From contig JAZKFH010000025.1 in NCBI GenBank assembly GCA_040386535.1, forward strand, positions 64,001-128,000: a DNA stretch of 64,000 nt, read 5' to 3'. Position 1 is the stretch's first letter. Every line of letters starts with the position of its first letter. The translations under genes were made by a program, and so were the position numbers. Origin of the DNA: Myxococcota bacterium (GTDB lineage Bacteria; Myxococcota_A; UBA796; SXON01). The notes beneath the pieces were generated by a model. The model ran no database searches. It saw nothing but the letters and a program-made list of their open reading frames with translations, and was not told the DNA's origin. Below are positions 40,703 to 50,615 of this stretch, in pieces.

Positions 40703-43080
40703 CCGCCCTGTGGACCCTCCTGCTCGTCTCGCTCGCCCTCCTCTGGCCCGCCCTGATCTCGCCGGCCCATGCCGACGACGACGAGCGCCAGCAGGCCGCC
40801 GAGAGCCAGTTCGACGCCTTGATGAAGGACAACGAGTGGGACGCGAGCGCGAACGCGGCGCCCGCCTCGGCGCGGCCGAGGGGCTACGCCGTTGCCCAGG
40901 GCACCGAGGCGGTCACGACGCCGGTGGCCCCTGCCGTCGCGACGCGGTCGGAGGTGGAGGTGCCCCTCGACCGCTACGAGGCCGTGCGCGCGCGCCTCCG
41001 GACGGCAGACGAGGCGGCGAGCCGCTCCTACGCCACGCTCGTCGTCCTCGGCGCCTCCACCTACGCGGGTCGCGCCGTGCCCGGCGGGCTCTCGCTCCGC
41101 CTCCAGCTCCAGGCCACCCTCCGCGGACCCGGCCTCTGGAAGACCGTGCCGCTGGTCGGGGAGGAGGTCGCCGTCGTCTCTGCGCGCCTCGGCACCACGC
41201 CCCTCGCGCTCACGACGCAGGGCGGGTACCACGTGTGGGTCACCGATCAGATCGGCGAGGTGACCCTCGACATCGACGTGCTCGTGCCCGCGCGTGGCCC
41301 CCGCGGCTCGCTCGAATACGACTTCCTCGTCGCCCGCACGCCGGTGACCCGCTTCGACTGCACGTTCCCGACCGAGGGGCTGGAGCCCAAGCTCTCCCGC
41401 GCCGTGCGCGCCGAGGTGACCTCCGGGGCCGGCGCCACCCGCCTCGCCGCGTGGCTGGAGCCGACCAGCCGCATCCGCCTCGTCGGCTTCAAGGACCTCG
41501 GCGACGACGAGGGCCGCGCGGCGCGCGTGTACGCCGAGAGCCTGACCCTCCTGTCCGTCGACGAACGCACGGCCGACCTGTTCACGGTGGTCCGCTACAA
41601 CATCCTCCAGGCCGGCAGCCGCCAGTTCGACGTGCTCATCCCGCCGGGGCTCACCGTGGTCTCCGCGGAGGGGGAGGGGGCCTTCCGCTACACGCTCGAC
41701 GAGCCCACGGCCGAGGGCGTCGTGCTCCGCGGGGAGACGGCGTTCCCGATCCGCGACCGGTACGAGATCTCGCTTCGCCTGTCCCGCGCGTTCGCCGCGG
41801 GCAGCGGGGACGCCTTCACCGTGTCGGCGCCGCGCCCGCTCAACGTCGAGCGCGCCTACGGGTGGCTCGGCGTCGAGGTCATCGGCAACCTGAAGCTCGA
41901 AGAGGTCGAGCGGATCGAGGCCCTCGCGGTCGACGCCGCCCAGCTCCCCGCCGAGATGGTGCAGAGCGCGGTGAGCCCGGTGTTGCGCGGCTACCGCTTC
42001 CACACCCCGGGCGCCGCCGTGCGCCTGACCGCGACGCGCCTCGCCGAGCGGGAGCCCGCCGCGGGCTCCATCGACCAGGTGTCCGCCACGACGGTGGTCG
42101 CCGCGGAGGGGCGGGCGTTCACCGACCTGCAGATCACCCTGCGCAACCGCCTCCGCCACAGCCTCGCGTTGCGACTGCCGGAGGGGGTGGAGGTGCGCTC
42201 CAGCCAGCTCGACGGCGTGGCGGTGACGCCCTCCCGGTCCGCGGACGGGCGGCTCCTCCTCCCGCTCAAGCGCTCCGCCGGAGACGACCGCCTGGAGCCC
42301 TTCACGCTCCAGCTCGTGCTCGAAGGCGCGCTCCCGTCGTTCGGCCCCGTCGGCATCGCGTTCCTGGAGCTGCCCGCGTTCGAGCTGCCCGTCGCCTCGC
42401 TCGCCTGGACCGTGTCCGTGCCCGCCAACAACGTGTATTCCCGCTTGTTCGGCGACGTGTCGCCCCAGACCTTCGCCGGCGCCGCGTCCTGGCACGCGCC
42501 AGGCGGCGGCGTGGGCGCGCTCGGCTACACCGCCTCCGACGACGACGGCGCGTCGCTCCCCGTGCGTATCGAGCTCCCGACGGCCGGCACGTCGCTGAGC
42601 CACAGCCGGTACTGGATCGCGGCCGATCAGCCGGTGGGCGTCCGCTTCGGGCACCTGCGCGGGTGGTGGATGCTGCCGCTCGCGCTCCTCGGCGCGGCGG
42701 GGCTCGTCGTCGGGGCGGCGCGGACCGCGGGCACGTGGGCCTTCCTGACGCCGGCGCGGCGCGCGGGCTTCGTCGTGGCCGGCATCGCGGGGCTCGTGCT
42801 GGTCGATCGGCTCGGCGGGCGCGGGCTGGCCGTGGGGGCGCTGCTCGTGGGGGCGGTGGCCGTGGGGCGGCGGATGGGCGCCTTCGCCTCGCTCGCCGCC
42901 GCGCTCAGGGCCTGGTGGAGCGCGCCTCCGCCCGAGACCCCGGCGGTCCCCGGGTCCTGGCGCGCCGGCGGCTTCGTCCGCCGCGTGGGCCTGATCGCCG
43001 TCGGAGGCTTCGTCGGCCTGCTCGGGCTCATCGCGGTGGTCCGCGCCGGGCTGCTGCTGCTCGCGCCGCTGGCGGGGTAG
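40699..43080 (+). CDS. Paralog of the upstream protein, lacking LysM; C-terminal TM helices
   Basis: ATGA-coupled; signal peptide MTALWTLLLVSL; shared motifs (PLD.W/Y, GGF/YY/H.V, .RNR.R..L...LP.G, LL.PL..S, L.LP......W.V.VP). Confidence 0.8.
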   Translation: MTALWTLLLVSLALLWPALISPAHADDDERQQAAESQFDALMKDNEWDASANAAPASARPRGYAVAQGTEAVTTPVAPAVATRSEVEVPLDRYEAVRARLRTADEAASRSYATLVVLGASTYAGRAVPGGLSLRLQLQATLRGPGLWKTVPLVGEEVAVVSARLGTTPLALTTQGGYHVWVTDQIGEVTLDIDVLVPARGPRGSLEYDFLVARTPVTRFDCTFPTEGLEPKLSRAVRAEVTSGAGATRLAAWLEPTSRIRLVGFKDLGDDEGRAARVYAESLTLLSVDERTADLFTVVRYNILQAGSRQFDVLIPPGLTVVSAEGEGAFRYTLDEPTAEGVVLRGETAFPIRDRYEISLRLSRAFAAGSGDAFTVSAPRPLNVERAYGWLGVEVIGNLKLEEVERIEALAVDAAQLPAEMVQSAVSPVLRGYRFHTPGAAVRLTATRLAEREPAAGSIDQVSATTVVAAEGRAFTDLQITLRNRLRHSLALRLPEGVEVRSSQLDGVAVTPSRSADGRLLLPLKRSAGDDRLEPFTLQLVLEGALPSFGPVGIAFLELPAFELPVASLAWTVSVPANNVYSRLFGDVSPQTFAGAASWHAPGGGVGALGYTASDDDGASLPVRIELPTAGTSLSHSRYWIAADQPVGVRFGHLRGWWMLPLALLGAAGLVVGAARTAGTWAFLTPARRAGFVVAGIAGLVLVDRLGGRGLAVGALLVGAVAVGRRMGAFASLAAALRAWWSAPPPETPAVPGSWRAGGFVRRVGLIAVGGFVGLLGLIAVVRAGLLLLAPLAG

Positions 43081-43100
43081 CCGCCCGGGCTCTCGGAGAC

Positions 43101-44540
43101 TTAGCGGCCGACCCGCACGGTCACGCCGCCCCACGCGCTGAACAGGGGGAGGGGCTCGAAGGTGGGCTCGCCCGCCCCACGCGGGCGGTCGAGCGGTACG
43201 CCGTAGACGCCGGACGCGAACAGCTCGACCGGCTTGAACAGGGGCACGCGCGCGCGGGCGCCGACGCCCATGTACCAGGGGAACATCGGCCCGATGGTCA
43301 GCTGCGCCCAGGGGAGGCCAGCGGCGACGTGCGGGTAGAGGAACGCGGCGGTGTCGTTCTCTCCGGTGGGGAGCGTGTGGTAGTCGCCGACGGTGAGCTG
43401 CCCGTCGATGCCGACGCCCACGGACCACCACTTCGCCTCGAGCGCGAGGCCGAGGGACGCGGCGGGGGTGCCGGCGTTGACGGTGTAGCGGTCGGGCTTG
43501 GCGCCGTCGTCGAGGTTCTGGAGGAGGAAGTCCCCCGTCGAGACCCACCCGGCGCCGAGCGTGGCACGGCCGACGAGGCGCGGGCGGGTCTCGTCGTCCG
43601 AGGGGCGGATGCGCACGGCGGTGGCGACGGTGCCGTCCACCCGGAGGAGCGCGGTCTTCTCGCCCGCGGGCGTCGCGATGTAGACGGGCTCGCCGAAGCC
43701 GGAGATCGGCGTCCGCGCCGCGGCGGGCACCTCCCAACCGTCCGCGCCGCTCGCGATGCGGCCCTTGAGCTCGGCCAGCTCGCTCGGCCCGAACGGCGCC
43801 GACACGAGCACGTCGGAGCCGGGCTTGATGCGGGCGTCCTGCGCGAGGAGGATCGTGTCCCCCACGGCCACGTGGAACAGGTGCCGGCCGGGCATGAGGC
43901 GCACCCGGATGCCCGAGCCGCCCTCGATCTTCACGCCGTCGAGGCGCACTTCGGCGCCGGCCGCGAGGTCCCCCACGATGAACGTGGCGCCGGGCATCGC
44001 CTGGCAGTGGGCCTGCGCGGAGTCGAAGGCGAGGCGCTGGGCGGCCTCGGGGATGTCCTCGGGGCGCACCTTCGTCGGCGCGGCGAGCAGGGCGCACGCG
44101 TCGAGCCAGGCGCTGACCCACGCGTCGGGCCCCTCCATCGTGCGGTAGGGGGCCGCGGCGGACTCGCTGCCGAGCTTGTCCTGGAAGTACCGGTGCACGG
44201 CGAAGCCCTGGAACAGCAGCGCCTGGCGCAGGACGTTGCGCTCCTCCTCGCTGCGGAGCAGGTCGACATCGTCGGTCGCCTTCGAGAGGCGGGCCATGAT
44301 CTGGAGCTCGCCGTCGAACACGTTTGCGAGCGGACGCATCGTGTCCAGCTCGGCCTTCAGGATCGGGAGGGCGTCCTTCTTCAGGCCGGCGGTGCCGCCA
44401 GTCATCAGGGTGTCGAGCGGCGCCGACGTGGAGCCGGGGACGGTACGGGCGACGGCGGCGGCGCTCACGTCGTCGGGTGGGGAGGTCCAGAGGACGCGGT
44501 CCGCCAGCGCGGGGGCGGCCAGGAGCCAGATCATCGACAT
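43101..44540 (-). CDS. Secreted hypothetical protein (possible PEGA-like middle, beta-rich C-terminus)
   Basis: Signal peptide MIWLLAAPALA; 'GAEVRLDG...LMPGRH'; coupled to the kinase gene. Confidence 0.72.
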   Translation of the reverse strand: MSMIWLLAAPALADRVLWTSPPDDVSAAAVARTVPGSTSAPLDTLMTGGTAGLKKDALPILKAELDTMRPLANVFDGELQIMARLSKATDDVDLLRSEEERNVLRQALLFQGFAVHRYFQDKLGSESAAAPYRTMEGPDAWVSAWLDACALLAAPTKVRPEDIPEAAQRLAFDSAQAHCQAMPGATFIVGDLAAGAEVRLDGVKIEGGSGIRVRLMPGRHLFHVAVGDTILLAQDARIKPGSDVLVSAPFGPSELAELKGRIASGADGWEVPAAARTPISGFGEPVYIATPAGEKTALLRVDGTVATAVRIRPSDDETRPRLVGRATLGAGWVSTGDFLLQNLDDGAKPDRYTVNAGTPAASLGLALEAKWWSVGVGIDGQLTVGDYHTLPTGENDTAAFLYPHVAAGLPWAQLTIGPMFPWYMGVGARARVPLFKPVELFASGVYGVPLDRPRGAGEPTFEPLPLFSAWGGVTVRVGR

Positions 44541-46204
44541 GTGAGCGAGTCTCCCTCGACGGCGCAATCGACCCCGCGGGGGGTGTCCAGTCGAACGGTC
44601 GTGGTGGAGCCAGCGGCGGAGACGGTGCAGTCGCCGACCGGGAAGTTGCGGAGGAGCGTGCTGGTGTCACCCGTGCCCGACACGTCGCCGCAGGTCACGC
44701 GGATGCCCTCCGCGCCGGCGAGCGTGAACTTCGCGGCCCGGAGGCGCGGGGCGGACGCGGCGGTGGGGGCGACGGTGGCCTCGGGCGCCGTGGGGGCGGC
44801 CGCGACCGTGACCGGGGCGGCACGTGCTTCGACGCGCGGCGCCTTGGTGGCGGTGGGGACGGGGAGCGGCGTGACCGGCTCCACCAGCGCGACAGCGTCG
44901 GTGCCGGCGCCCTCGGTGATCTCGGTGGGCGGTGGGGTAGGCGCGACAGCCAGCGCCGGCTCGATCGGGGCGGCGGGCGCCACGTCGGCCGTGGGCGCCT
45001 CGGGGAGGGGCGCCGTGGGCCACACGAGCCACCCGATGGCCAGCACCAGGACAGCCGCCACAAAAGCCACGCCGTACACGAACCCGCGCGACGCCGGCGG
45101 CGGTGGCTCCGGGTCCGGCGCGGCCTCGGTCTCCAGCGAGCCGAACCCGCCCAGCCCCGACGGGTCGACCACGAGGGTGGCCGAGCTGACGCGCGCGTGC
45201 ATCTCGAGGGTGGTCGACCCCAGCGACGCCTCCTCCAGCACGGTGCCCGAGACGGCCGTGTCCGTGGCGCGCGTGTTCGGGAGCCGGGGCAGGACCCGGC
45301 GCGCGTACGCCGGGAGGTCGTCTCCCGGGAGCGCGGCGGCGAAGCCGCGCAGGCCCGTTGCCAGCTCCTCGACCGAGGGGCGGTCCTCGGGCGTGTAGGC
45401 GAGCGCGCGGACCAGCAACACGACGAGCGGACCGTCTCCCACGACGGCCTCGAGGATGTCCCGCGCGCTGTCGACCTGGACCACCTGCCGCTCGAACCCG
45501 AGCTCGGCGCGGCCGAAGGTCTTGAGGGTGAGCAGCTCGTAGGCCATCACGGCCACGGCGTACACGTCCCCCGCGGGAGCGTCGGGGCCCCCGAGGATGC
45601 GCTCCGGGGCCATGTACCCGAGCGAGCCGTAGCGGATGCGCTCGGTCTGGGCCTCGCGGCCGGCGAACTCGGCGCGGGCGACGCCGAAGTCGAGCACCTT
45701 CACCGAGCCCGTGTCGGTGAGGCGCACGTTGGAGGGCTTGATGTCCCGATGCACGACGTGGAGCGGCTCCCCGTCGTCTCCCGGCGCGCACCACGCGGCC
45801 TGCAGCGCGGCTGCGACGGACGCGCACACCTCGAGCGCGGCTCGCGGAGGGATCGGCGCGGCGTTGGTCTCTGCCCAGGCGAAGACGGCCTCGACGTCCG
45901 CCCCGCTGACGTACTCCATCACCAGCGCCCAGCGGCCGTTTACACGCACCAGGTCGTCTACACGGACGATGTTGGCGTGGTCGAGGCGTCCGAGGAGGCG
46001 TGCTTCGTCGCGCAAGCGACGGCCGGCGTCACTGGCGGGATCCCACGCGTCGTTCAGGAGCTTCAGCGCCACACGACGCTTGAAGCCGCCGGCACCCTCC
46101 ATCTCGGCCAGGTAGACGGAGCCGAAGGCGCCCTCCCCGAGGATGCGGACGAGGTTGAACCTCCGCCCCGCTCCGGTCGTCTCCGCGCCGCTAGTACTCG
46201 CCAC
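44531..46204 (-). CDS. Membrane Ser/Thr protein kinase (Pkn/Hanks type)
   Basis: LGEGAFGSVY, VALK, HRDIKPSN, DFG, YMAPE, DVYA; TM helix; Pro/Ala-rich extracellular tail. Start uncertain (46204-46237). Confidence 0.93.
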   Translation of the reverse strand: MASTSGAETTGAGRRFNLVRILGEGAFGSVYLAEMEGAGGFKRRVALKLLNDAWDPASDAGRRLRDEARLLGRLDHANIVRVDDLVRVNGRWALVMEYVSGADVEAVFAWAETNAAPIPPRAALEVCASVAAALQAAWCAPGDDGEPLHVVHRDIKPSNVRLTDTGSVKVLDFGVARAEFAGREAQTERIRYGSLGYMAPERILGGPDAPAGDVYAVAVMAYELLTLKTFGRAELGFERQVVQVDSARDILEAVVGDGPLVVLLVRALAYTPEDRPSVEELATGLRGFAAALPGDDLPAYARRVLPRLPNTRATDTAVSGTVLEEASLGSTTLEMHARVSSATLVVDPSGLGGFGSLETEAAPDPEPPPPASRGFVYGVAFVAAVLVLAIGWLVWPTAPLPEAPTADVAPAAPIEPALAVAPTPPPTEITEGAGTDAVALVEPVTPLPVPTATKAPRVEARAAPVTVAAAPTAPEATVAPTAASAPRLRAAKFTLAGAEGIRVTCGDVSGTGDTSTLLRNFPVGDCTVSAAGSTTTVRLDTPRGVDCAVEGDSLTCR

Positions 46205-46616
46205 CGGTGTCCCCCCCGCCGGTCGCGCAGTCGCCACCGGGGATGAAGTTGATGGGGATCTGGTGCTCGATCCGCACCCCGTCGATGAGCACCTCGGTGT
46301 GATCCGTGTAGTTCAACGTGGCCGTGAAAAACGGCTCGGTCGTCGATTCCAACCCGGTGAGGTCGACGAGGCAGAACGGCTTGTAGCAGGGCTCGTAGCC
46401 GTTCGGATGGACGATGTGGTAGTGCCCCTCGCCCTCGGCGTTGTCGTCGGTGGAGGGGAACTCGACCAGGTCGAAGTTCTTGACGGTCACCGACACGGTC
46501 TCGCATCCGGTCACGTCCGACTCCGGAGGCGGCCAGGTGATCTGGATCGAGGGGGTGTCGTCGACGGCGGGAAGGGGGGGCGGGGCACACGCCACGAGCA
46601 CGAGCAGGAGCATCAT
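46191..46616 (-). CDS. Small lipoprotein with GEGHxH motif
   Basis: MMLLLVLVAC lipobox; 'EGEGHYHI', 'LNYTDH'. Confidence 0.7.
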   Translation of the reverse strand: MMLLLVLVACAPPPLPAVDDTPSIQITWPPPESDVTGCETVSVTVKNFDLVEFPSTDDNAEGEGHYHIVHPNGYEPCYKPFCLVDLTGLESTTEPFFTATLNYTDHTEVLIDGVRIEHQIPINFIPGGDCATGGGDTGGEY

Positions 46617-46778
46617 GCGAGTGTATACGATCCAGTTGATGAAATGGACTGGTGGCCCGTGGCTGGAGACGCGCCCGGCGTGACACGCGCCAGGCCCGGT
46701 CGGATGCGTGCTTCCGCGCATCGGCGACCGGTGCAGGCGCGCCGCGTGTTATGACGGCGGCCGTTGTCGGAGTCGCTC

Positions 46779-47285
46779 ATGGGCCTGCTCAAGACCATCG
46801 TCCTCGGCCGTCCGAACGGCATCCGGCGTAGCCTCGCGGGGAAGCTGGGCCTCGGCGGCGCCGGCGAGGCTCCTTCAAGCGGCACCTCGAACGGCGGCTC
46901 CGGAGCTCCCGAGGCGACCCACGAGCCGGCGGAGCGGGCGCTCGGCCTCCGCCACGAGGCACCCAAGGACGTGACCCCGCCCGACGGCTACGAGGTCGTC
47001 CTGCACAAGGACTCGCTCGATCCGGGCAAGATCATCGAGATCATCATCGGCGGCACGGCCATCGCCGTCGCGAACGTGGATGGCGCGTACTACGCGATCT
47101 CCAACACGTGCGCGCACGCCGAGGGCCCGCTGGGGGAGGGGAGTCTCTCCGGTACCATCGTGACCTGCCCGTACCATGGGTGGCAGTACGACGTTCGGGA
47201 CGGCGCCTGCAAGACCCACGCGAACACGACGATCTCGACCTACCCCGTGAAGGTGGTGGGCGATGCGGTGTGCGTCCAACTCTAA
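46779..47285 (+). CDS. Rieske [2Fe-2S] ferredoxin domain protein
   Basis: CAHAEGPL...CPYHGWQYD. Confidence 0.9.
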   Translation: MGLLKTIVLGRPNGIRRSLAGKLGLGGAGEAPSSGTSNGGSGAPEATHEPAERALGLRHEAPKDVTPPDGYEVVLHKDSLDPGKIIEIIIGGTAIAVANVDGAYYAISNTCAHAEGPLGEGSLSGTIVTCPYHGWQYDVRDGACKTHANTTISTYPVKVVGDAVCVQL

Positions 47286-47325
47286 GGAGCCGCCCGCTCG
47301 ATTGGTCGTCTCGCGCTGATTGTCT

Positions 47326-47476
47326 CGACGGCGGCCGGCGGGGCGCCTCAGGCGGGCAAGCGATAAAACGCCAACAAGCCGTGAACGACCTCCGTGAGGA
47401 GGTCGATCTACGGCGTGTCGGGTCTTCTACGAGCAGGCTCGGAGGCGCTACCGGGGAGCCGGCGGCGCCACGACGA
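47326..47476. ncRNA. Candidate structured RNA, 6S-like rod with central bubble
   Basis: Nested pairings across the whole convergent intergenic region; apical CGACCTCC-GTGA-GGAGGTCG; unpaired central bubble. Confidence 0.4.
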
Positions 47477-47707
47477 TCAGGCGATCGTCAGGCCTTCCTC
47501 GGAGAGGAACTGCCCGAGGGTCTTCAGGCGAAGGGTGCGGAGCGCGCGGGTGGAGATGCGCAAGGTCACGAAGCGACCTTCCTCCTCCCACCACACCTTC
47601 CGCATCTGGAGGTTGGGAAGCTGGCGGCGCTTGGTCTTCACGTTGGAGTGAGAGACATTGTTCGCGACGTTGGGACGCTTGCCGGTCAGATCACAGCGGC
47701 GGGCCAT
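47477..47707 (-). CDS. rpmB: 50S ribosomal protein L28
   Basis: [34 protein letters not shown]...[11 protein letters not shown]. Confidence 0.96.
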   Translation of the reverse strand: MARRCDLTGKRPNVANNVSHSNVKTKRRQLPNLQMRKVWWEEEGRFVTLRISTRALRTLRLKTLGQFLSEEGLTIA

Positions 47708-47828
47708 AGCAGAATCCTCGGTAGGGTAAACGAGCCGCGCTACTATCTGGGTGGTGTCCATCCGGCAAGGGAAAGGACGCTGTCCTTGCCAACCTCCTGG
47801 GCGCGTGGCATGACGGGGCGAGGTCTGG

Positions 47829-48533
47829 ATGTCCAACACCCGCGCTCTGCTGTTGCTTCCGCTCGCCGCCGGCATGCTCGCGCTGGCAGCGCTGGAGGAG
47901 TCCATCGTCGAGTTGATGGGCACCCTGGGCGTCGGCAGCGACGCGGTCGCGCTCGTTGGCCCTTGGCTTTCCGCGGTGCTGGCGGGCGCGGGGTTCGTGC
48001 TCCTCCTGGTCTCGCTCGTGGCCTACATGGGCAACGTGAGCCGGGAGCAGCAGTGGCGGCCCTACATGCTGCAGCTCAAGCCGCTCGCCGCGGAGTTCGG
48101 CCGCGGCGTGAAGGAGTCCAAGCGCGGGATCGAATTCGAGATCCTGCGCGACGGGCAGCGGGTCGAGCTCCTCGTGGATCCGCGTTCGGATGGGGGGATC
48201 TTCGTCCGCAGCCCGCCCCCCGCTCGACAGTCGCTCGCGTGGTTCCGCGCGTCCGCGCCGCCGCCGCCTCCCTCCGAGAAGTGGAGGGAGGTCGAGCGCA
48301 ACATCCGGTGGCAGCTCCGGGCCGAGCTCCCCGCCATGGCCCGACCGTTGCTCGCCGACACGACCCTCATCGGGCCCGTCGAGCGTTTCTTCGAGGCGTC
48401 CAAGGGGGTGTCTGTCACGCACGCGGTGACGGGCATCGTGATCGAGGGCGAGCTGGTCCCGGACCACGCCATCGGGGATCAGGCGCGCCTCTGCATCGAG
48501 ATCGCGTTCCGGCTCCGGCGCCTCAACGGATGA
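47829..48533 (+). CDS. Hypothetical membrane protein
   Basis: Two N-terminal hydrophobic segments followed by a soluble domain. Confidence 0.72.
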   Translation: MSNTRALLLLPLAAGMLALAALEESIVELMGTLGVGSDAVALVGPWLSAVLAGAGFVLLLVSLVAYMGNVSREQQWRPYMLQLKPLAAEFGRGVKESKRGIEFEILRDGQRVELLVDPRSDGGIFVRSPPPARQSLAWFRASAPPPPPSEKWREVERNIRWQLRAELPAMARPLLADTTLIGPVERFFEASKGVSVTHAVTGIVIEGELVPDHAIGDQARLCIEIAFRLRRLNG

Positions 48534-49522
48534 GCGGCGGGCGGATATGCCCGCCCGGAGGTTTCATGCAGCCCGCCTACGCACGCATCAACGTCCACGA
48601 CGCCGGCGGGATGGCGATCCACCTCCCCATCGTGGACATCGGCCCCGGCGCGCCCCGCATGACCGTGGTGGCGGGCATCCACGGGGACGAGCCCTCGCCG
48701 CTCCTCCTGGTCGACCGGTTCGTCACCGCGCTGCGTGACGTCGAGCTTCGTGCCGGCATCCGCATCGTGGCCGCGGCCAACCCGCCCGCCCTCCTTTCGC
48801 GCTCCCGCTGGAGCAGCTGGGACGACGAGGACATGAACCGCGTGGGGGACGGGCAGGCCGGACCCGCGTTGACCCGCCGGCTCGCCGCCGCGGTGTGTGA
48901 CGCGGCCGCGGGCAGCGTGCTCGCCGTCAACCTCCACAACTTCGTGATGCGCACCCCGTTGCTCGCGATCGATCCGCCCGGCCTCGGGGTGGAGCGCCGC
49001 GTGCGGCACGAGCGCTACATCGAGGCGCTCGACCCTCACGTGGTCTGGGTGTTCGAGGACACCCCCGAGGGCGTCCGCACCTTCTCCACCAGCCTGGACG
49101 CCGCGCTCGAGGCCCGCGGTGTCGACACGATCGCCGTCGAGATGGCCGACCTCCCCGAGCTCGACGAGCCCCTGCTCGCGCGCGCCATCTCCGGCCTGAT
49201 GCGGCTCGGCGCGGTGTGCGGGTGTCTGGACGCGGCCGAGCGCCCGCTGCGGCGCACGACCGTGCGCGTACATCGCCGGCTCATGCGCTCGCCCGGTGCC
49301 GGCATCTTCGAGCCGGTGGCCCCGCTGGCGTCGCCGGTGGAGGAGGGCGAGGTCATCGGCGATCTGATCCCGCTCGAACGCCCAGGCGATCGGGTGCACG
49401 TACGTGCAACCGGCACCGGGTGGCTCATCCAGCGGCTGGGGAGGCGTTTTGTCCGGCCGGGGGACATGATCGCCGCGATCGGCCTGCGGCCTCATCCGGT
49501 GGGAGGCGGGCCGCAGGAATAG
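48530..49522 (+). CDS. Succinylglutamate desuccinylase/aspartoacylase (M14) family protein
   Basis: GIHGDE, DMNR, NLHN, VEMA, C-terminal biotinyl-like hybrid segment. Start at 48530 (coupled) or 48566. Confidence 0.85.
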   Translation: MSGGRICPPGGFMQPAYARINVHDAGGMAIHLPIVDIGPGAPRMTVVAGIHGDEPSPLLLVDRFVTALRDVELRAGIRIVAAANPPALLSRSRWSSWDDEDMNRVGDGQAGPALTRRLAAAVCDAAAGSVLAVNLHNFVMRTPLLAIDPPGLGVERRVRHERYIEALDPHVVWVFEDTPEGVRTFSTSLDAALEARGVDTIAVEMADLPELDEPLLARAISGLMRLGAVCGCLDAAERPLRRTTVRVHRRLMRSPGAGIFEPVAPLASPVEEGEVIGDLIPLERPGDRVHVRATGTGWLIQRLGRRFVRPGDMIAAIGLRPHPVGGGPQE

Positions 49523-49531
49523 AGAAGAGCG

Positions 49532-49711
49532 TCAGATCGTGAAGTCAATCGTCACGATCCCGCGCTCTTCCTTGTTGATGATTTCGTCGCGATCGCGCCG
49601 TGGAGCCTGTTGCTCGGGCTCCGGCACCTCGATCCGCAACGGGAGCTGCTGCGACTCCCGAGGCCGGTTCTGGTGTTGGCGGATGCGGTCGATGATGAAG
49701 GCGTCGAGCAT
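49532..49711 (-). CDS. Small hypothetical protein (59 aa), not in the ORF track
   Basis: MLDAFIIDRIRQHQNRPRESQQLPLRIEVPEPEQQAPRRDRDEIINKEERGIVTIDFTI; GGAG RBS; GC-rich third positions. Confidence 0.72.
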   Translation of the reverse strand: MLDAFIIDRIRQHQNRPRESQQLPLRIEVPEPEQQAPRRDRDEIINKEERGIVTIDFTI

Positions 49712-49852
49712 CTCGGTCTCCAGGTGAGGAGTCCTGTCGTTCGGAATATAGCATCGCCGGGAATGACGGCAACATCGACGTTTCAGCGGGAGGCGTCATT
49801 CGAACGATGCGTATGCCTCATGCCATTGCGTGCGCACCTCGGCACCTCGTCA

Positions 49853-50554
49853 TCACAATCGATGACCCCGGACACGCTTCGAAAGGGCGGCGTAGATAGC
49901 CGCTTCTTCCGCGGTCAGCACCGCCTCGTGATCACGCTCCGTCGCGCGATCCTCCCGCGCGGCCGGCCCCGTCAACGCGACGCCCCCGGCCCCGGCCACC
50001 CGACGGAGGCTCTCGATCGCGAGCGGGAGCAGGAGCGCGCGCGCTTCGTGCGACGCGACGCCGGCACGCGCGAGCACCCCTGCCGCGTCCAGGAACAAGG
50101 CCGATAGATGACCGCTCGCGAGGCTCGCGGCCGCGTGGTACAGCCGCGTGTCGCCCGCGATCCGGAAGGGGTGGAGGCCCAGGCGCTCGGCCAGGAACCG
50201 CGCCGCGTGGACGGCGCCGGGGGTCCCGTCGATCCGGGCGCCCACCCCGCGCAGGTCCGGGAGGCCGACTTCGACGCCCGGGAAGGTCATCAGCGGGTGG
50301 AGCAGGCCCCGCTCCGCGCGATCTCCGAGCAGCGCGGGCCCGTGGGCACCCGCGGCGTGGAGCGCCACGGCGTCCGGCGGGAGGAGGGCCGCCACTTCGG
50401 CGACGCCGCTGTCGCGCACGGTGATCCAGTACACGTCGACGCCGACGGGGATGAGCTCGCCGCGAGACCAGGTCGCGACGTCGACGCCCGCCGCACGGAG
50501 GAGGGCCGCCAGGGAGCCGCCGAGCCGCCCGACACCGAGGATCGCCACACGCAT
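49853..50554 (-). CDS. Rossmann-like plus DUF2520 domain protein
   Basis: ILGVGRLG, ITVRD, HPLMTF, YHAAASLAS, LTGPAAR.D. Confidence 0.88.
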   Translation of the reverse strand: MRVAILGVGRLGGSLAALLRAAGVDVATWSRGELIPVGVDVYWITVRDSGVAEVAALLPPDAVALHAAGAHGPALLGDRAERGLLHPLMTFPGVEVGLPDLRGVGARIDGTPGAVHAARFLAERLGLHPFRIAGDTRLYHAAASLASGHLSALFLDAAGVLARAGVASHEARALLLPLAIESLRRVAGAGGVALTGPAAREDRATERDHEAVLTAEEAAIYAALSKRVRGHRL

Positions 50555-50615
50555 CGCCCCTCCCTATGCGCGGCCGGGCCGACCCGGTAGACTCTTGCCG
50601 AGGCTGGGGCGAAAC

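Noticed and set aside
47375..47430. Group II intron domain V or SRP RNA reading of the hairpin
   Set aside because: It lacks the DV bulge geometry, a DVI and any RT ORF, and it lacks the SRP CAGG/AGCAG internal loop.
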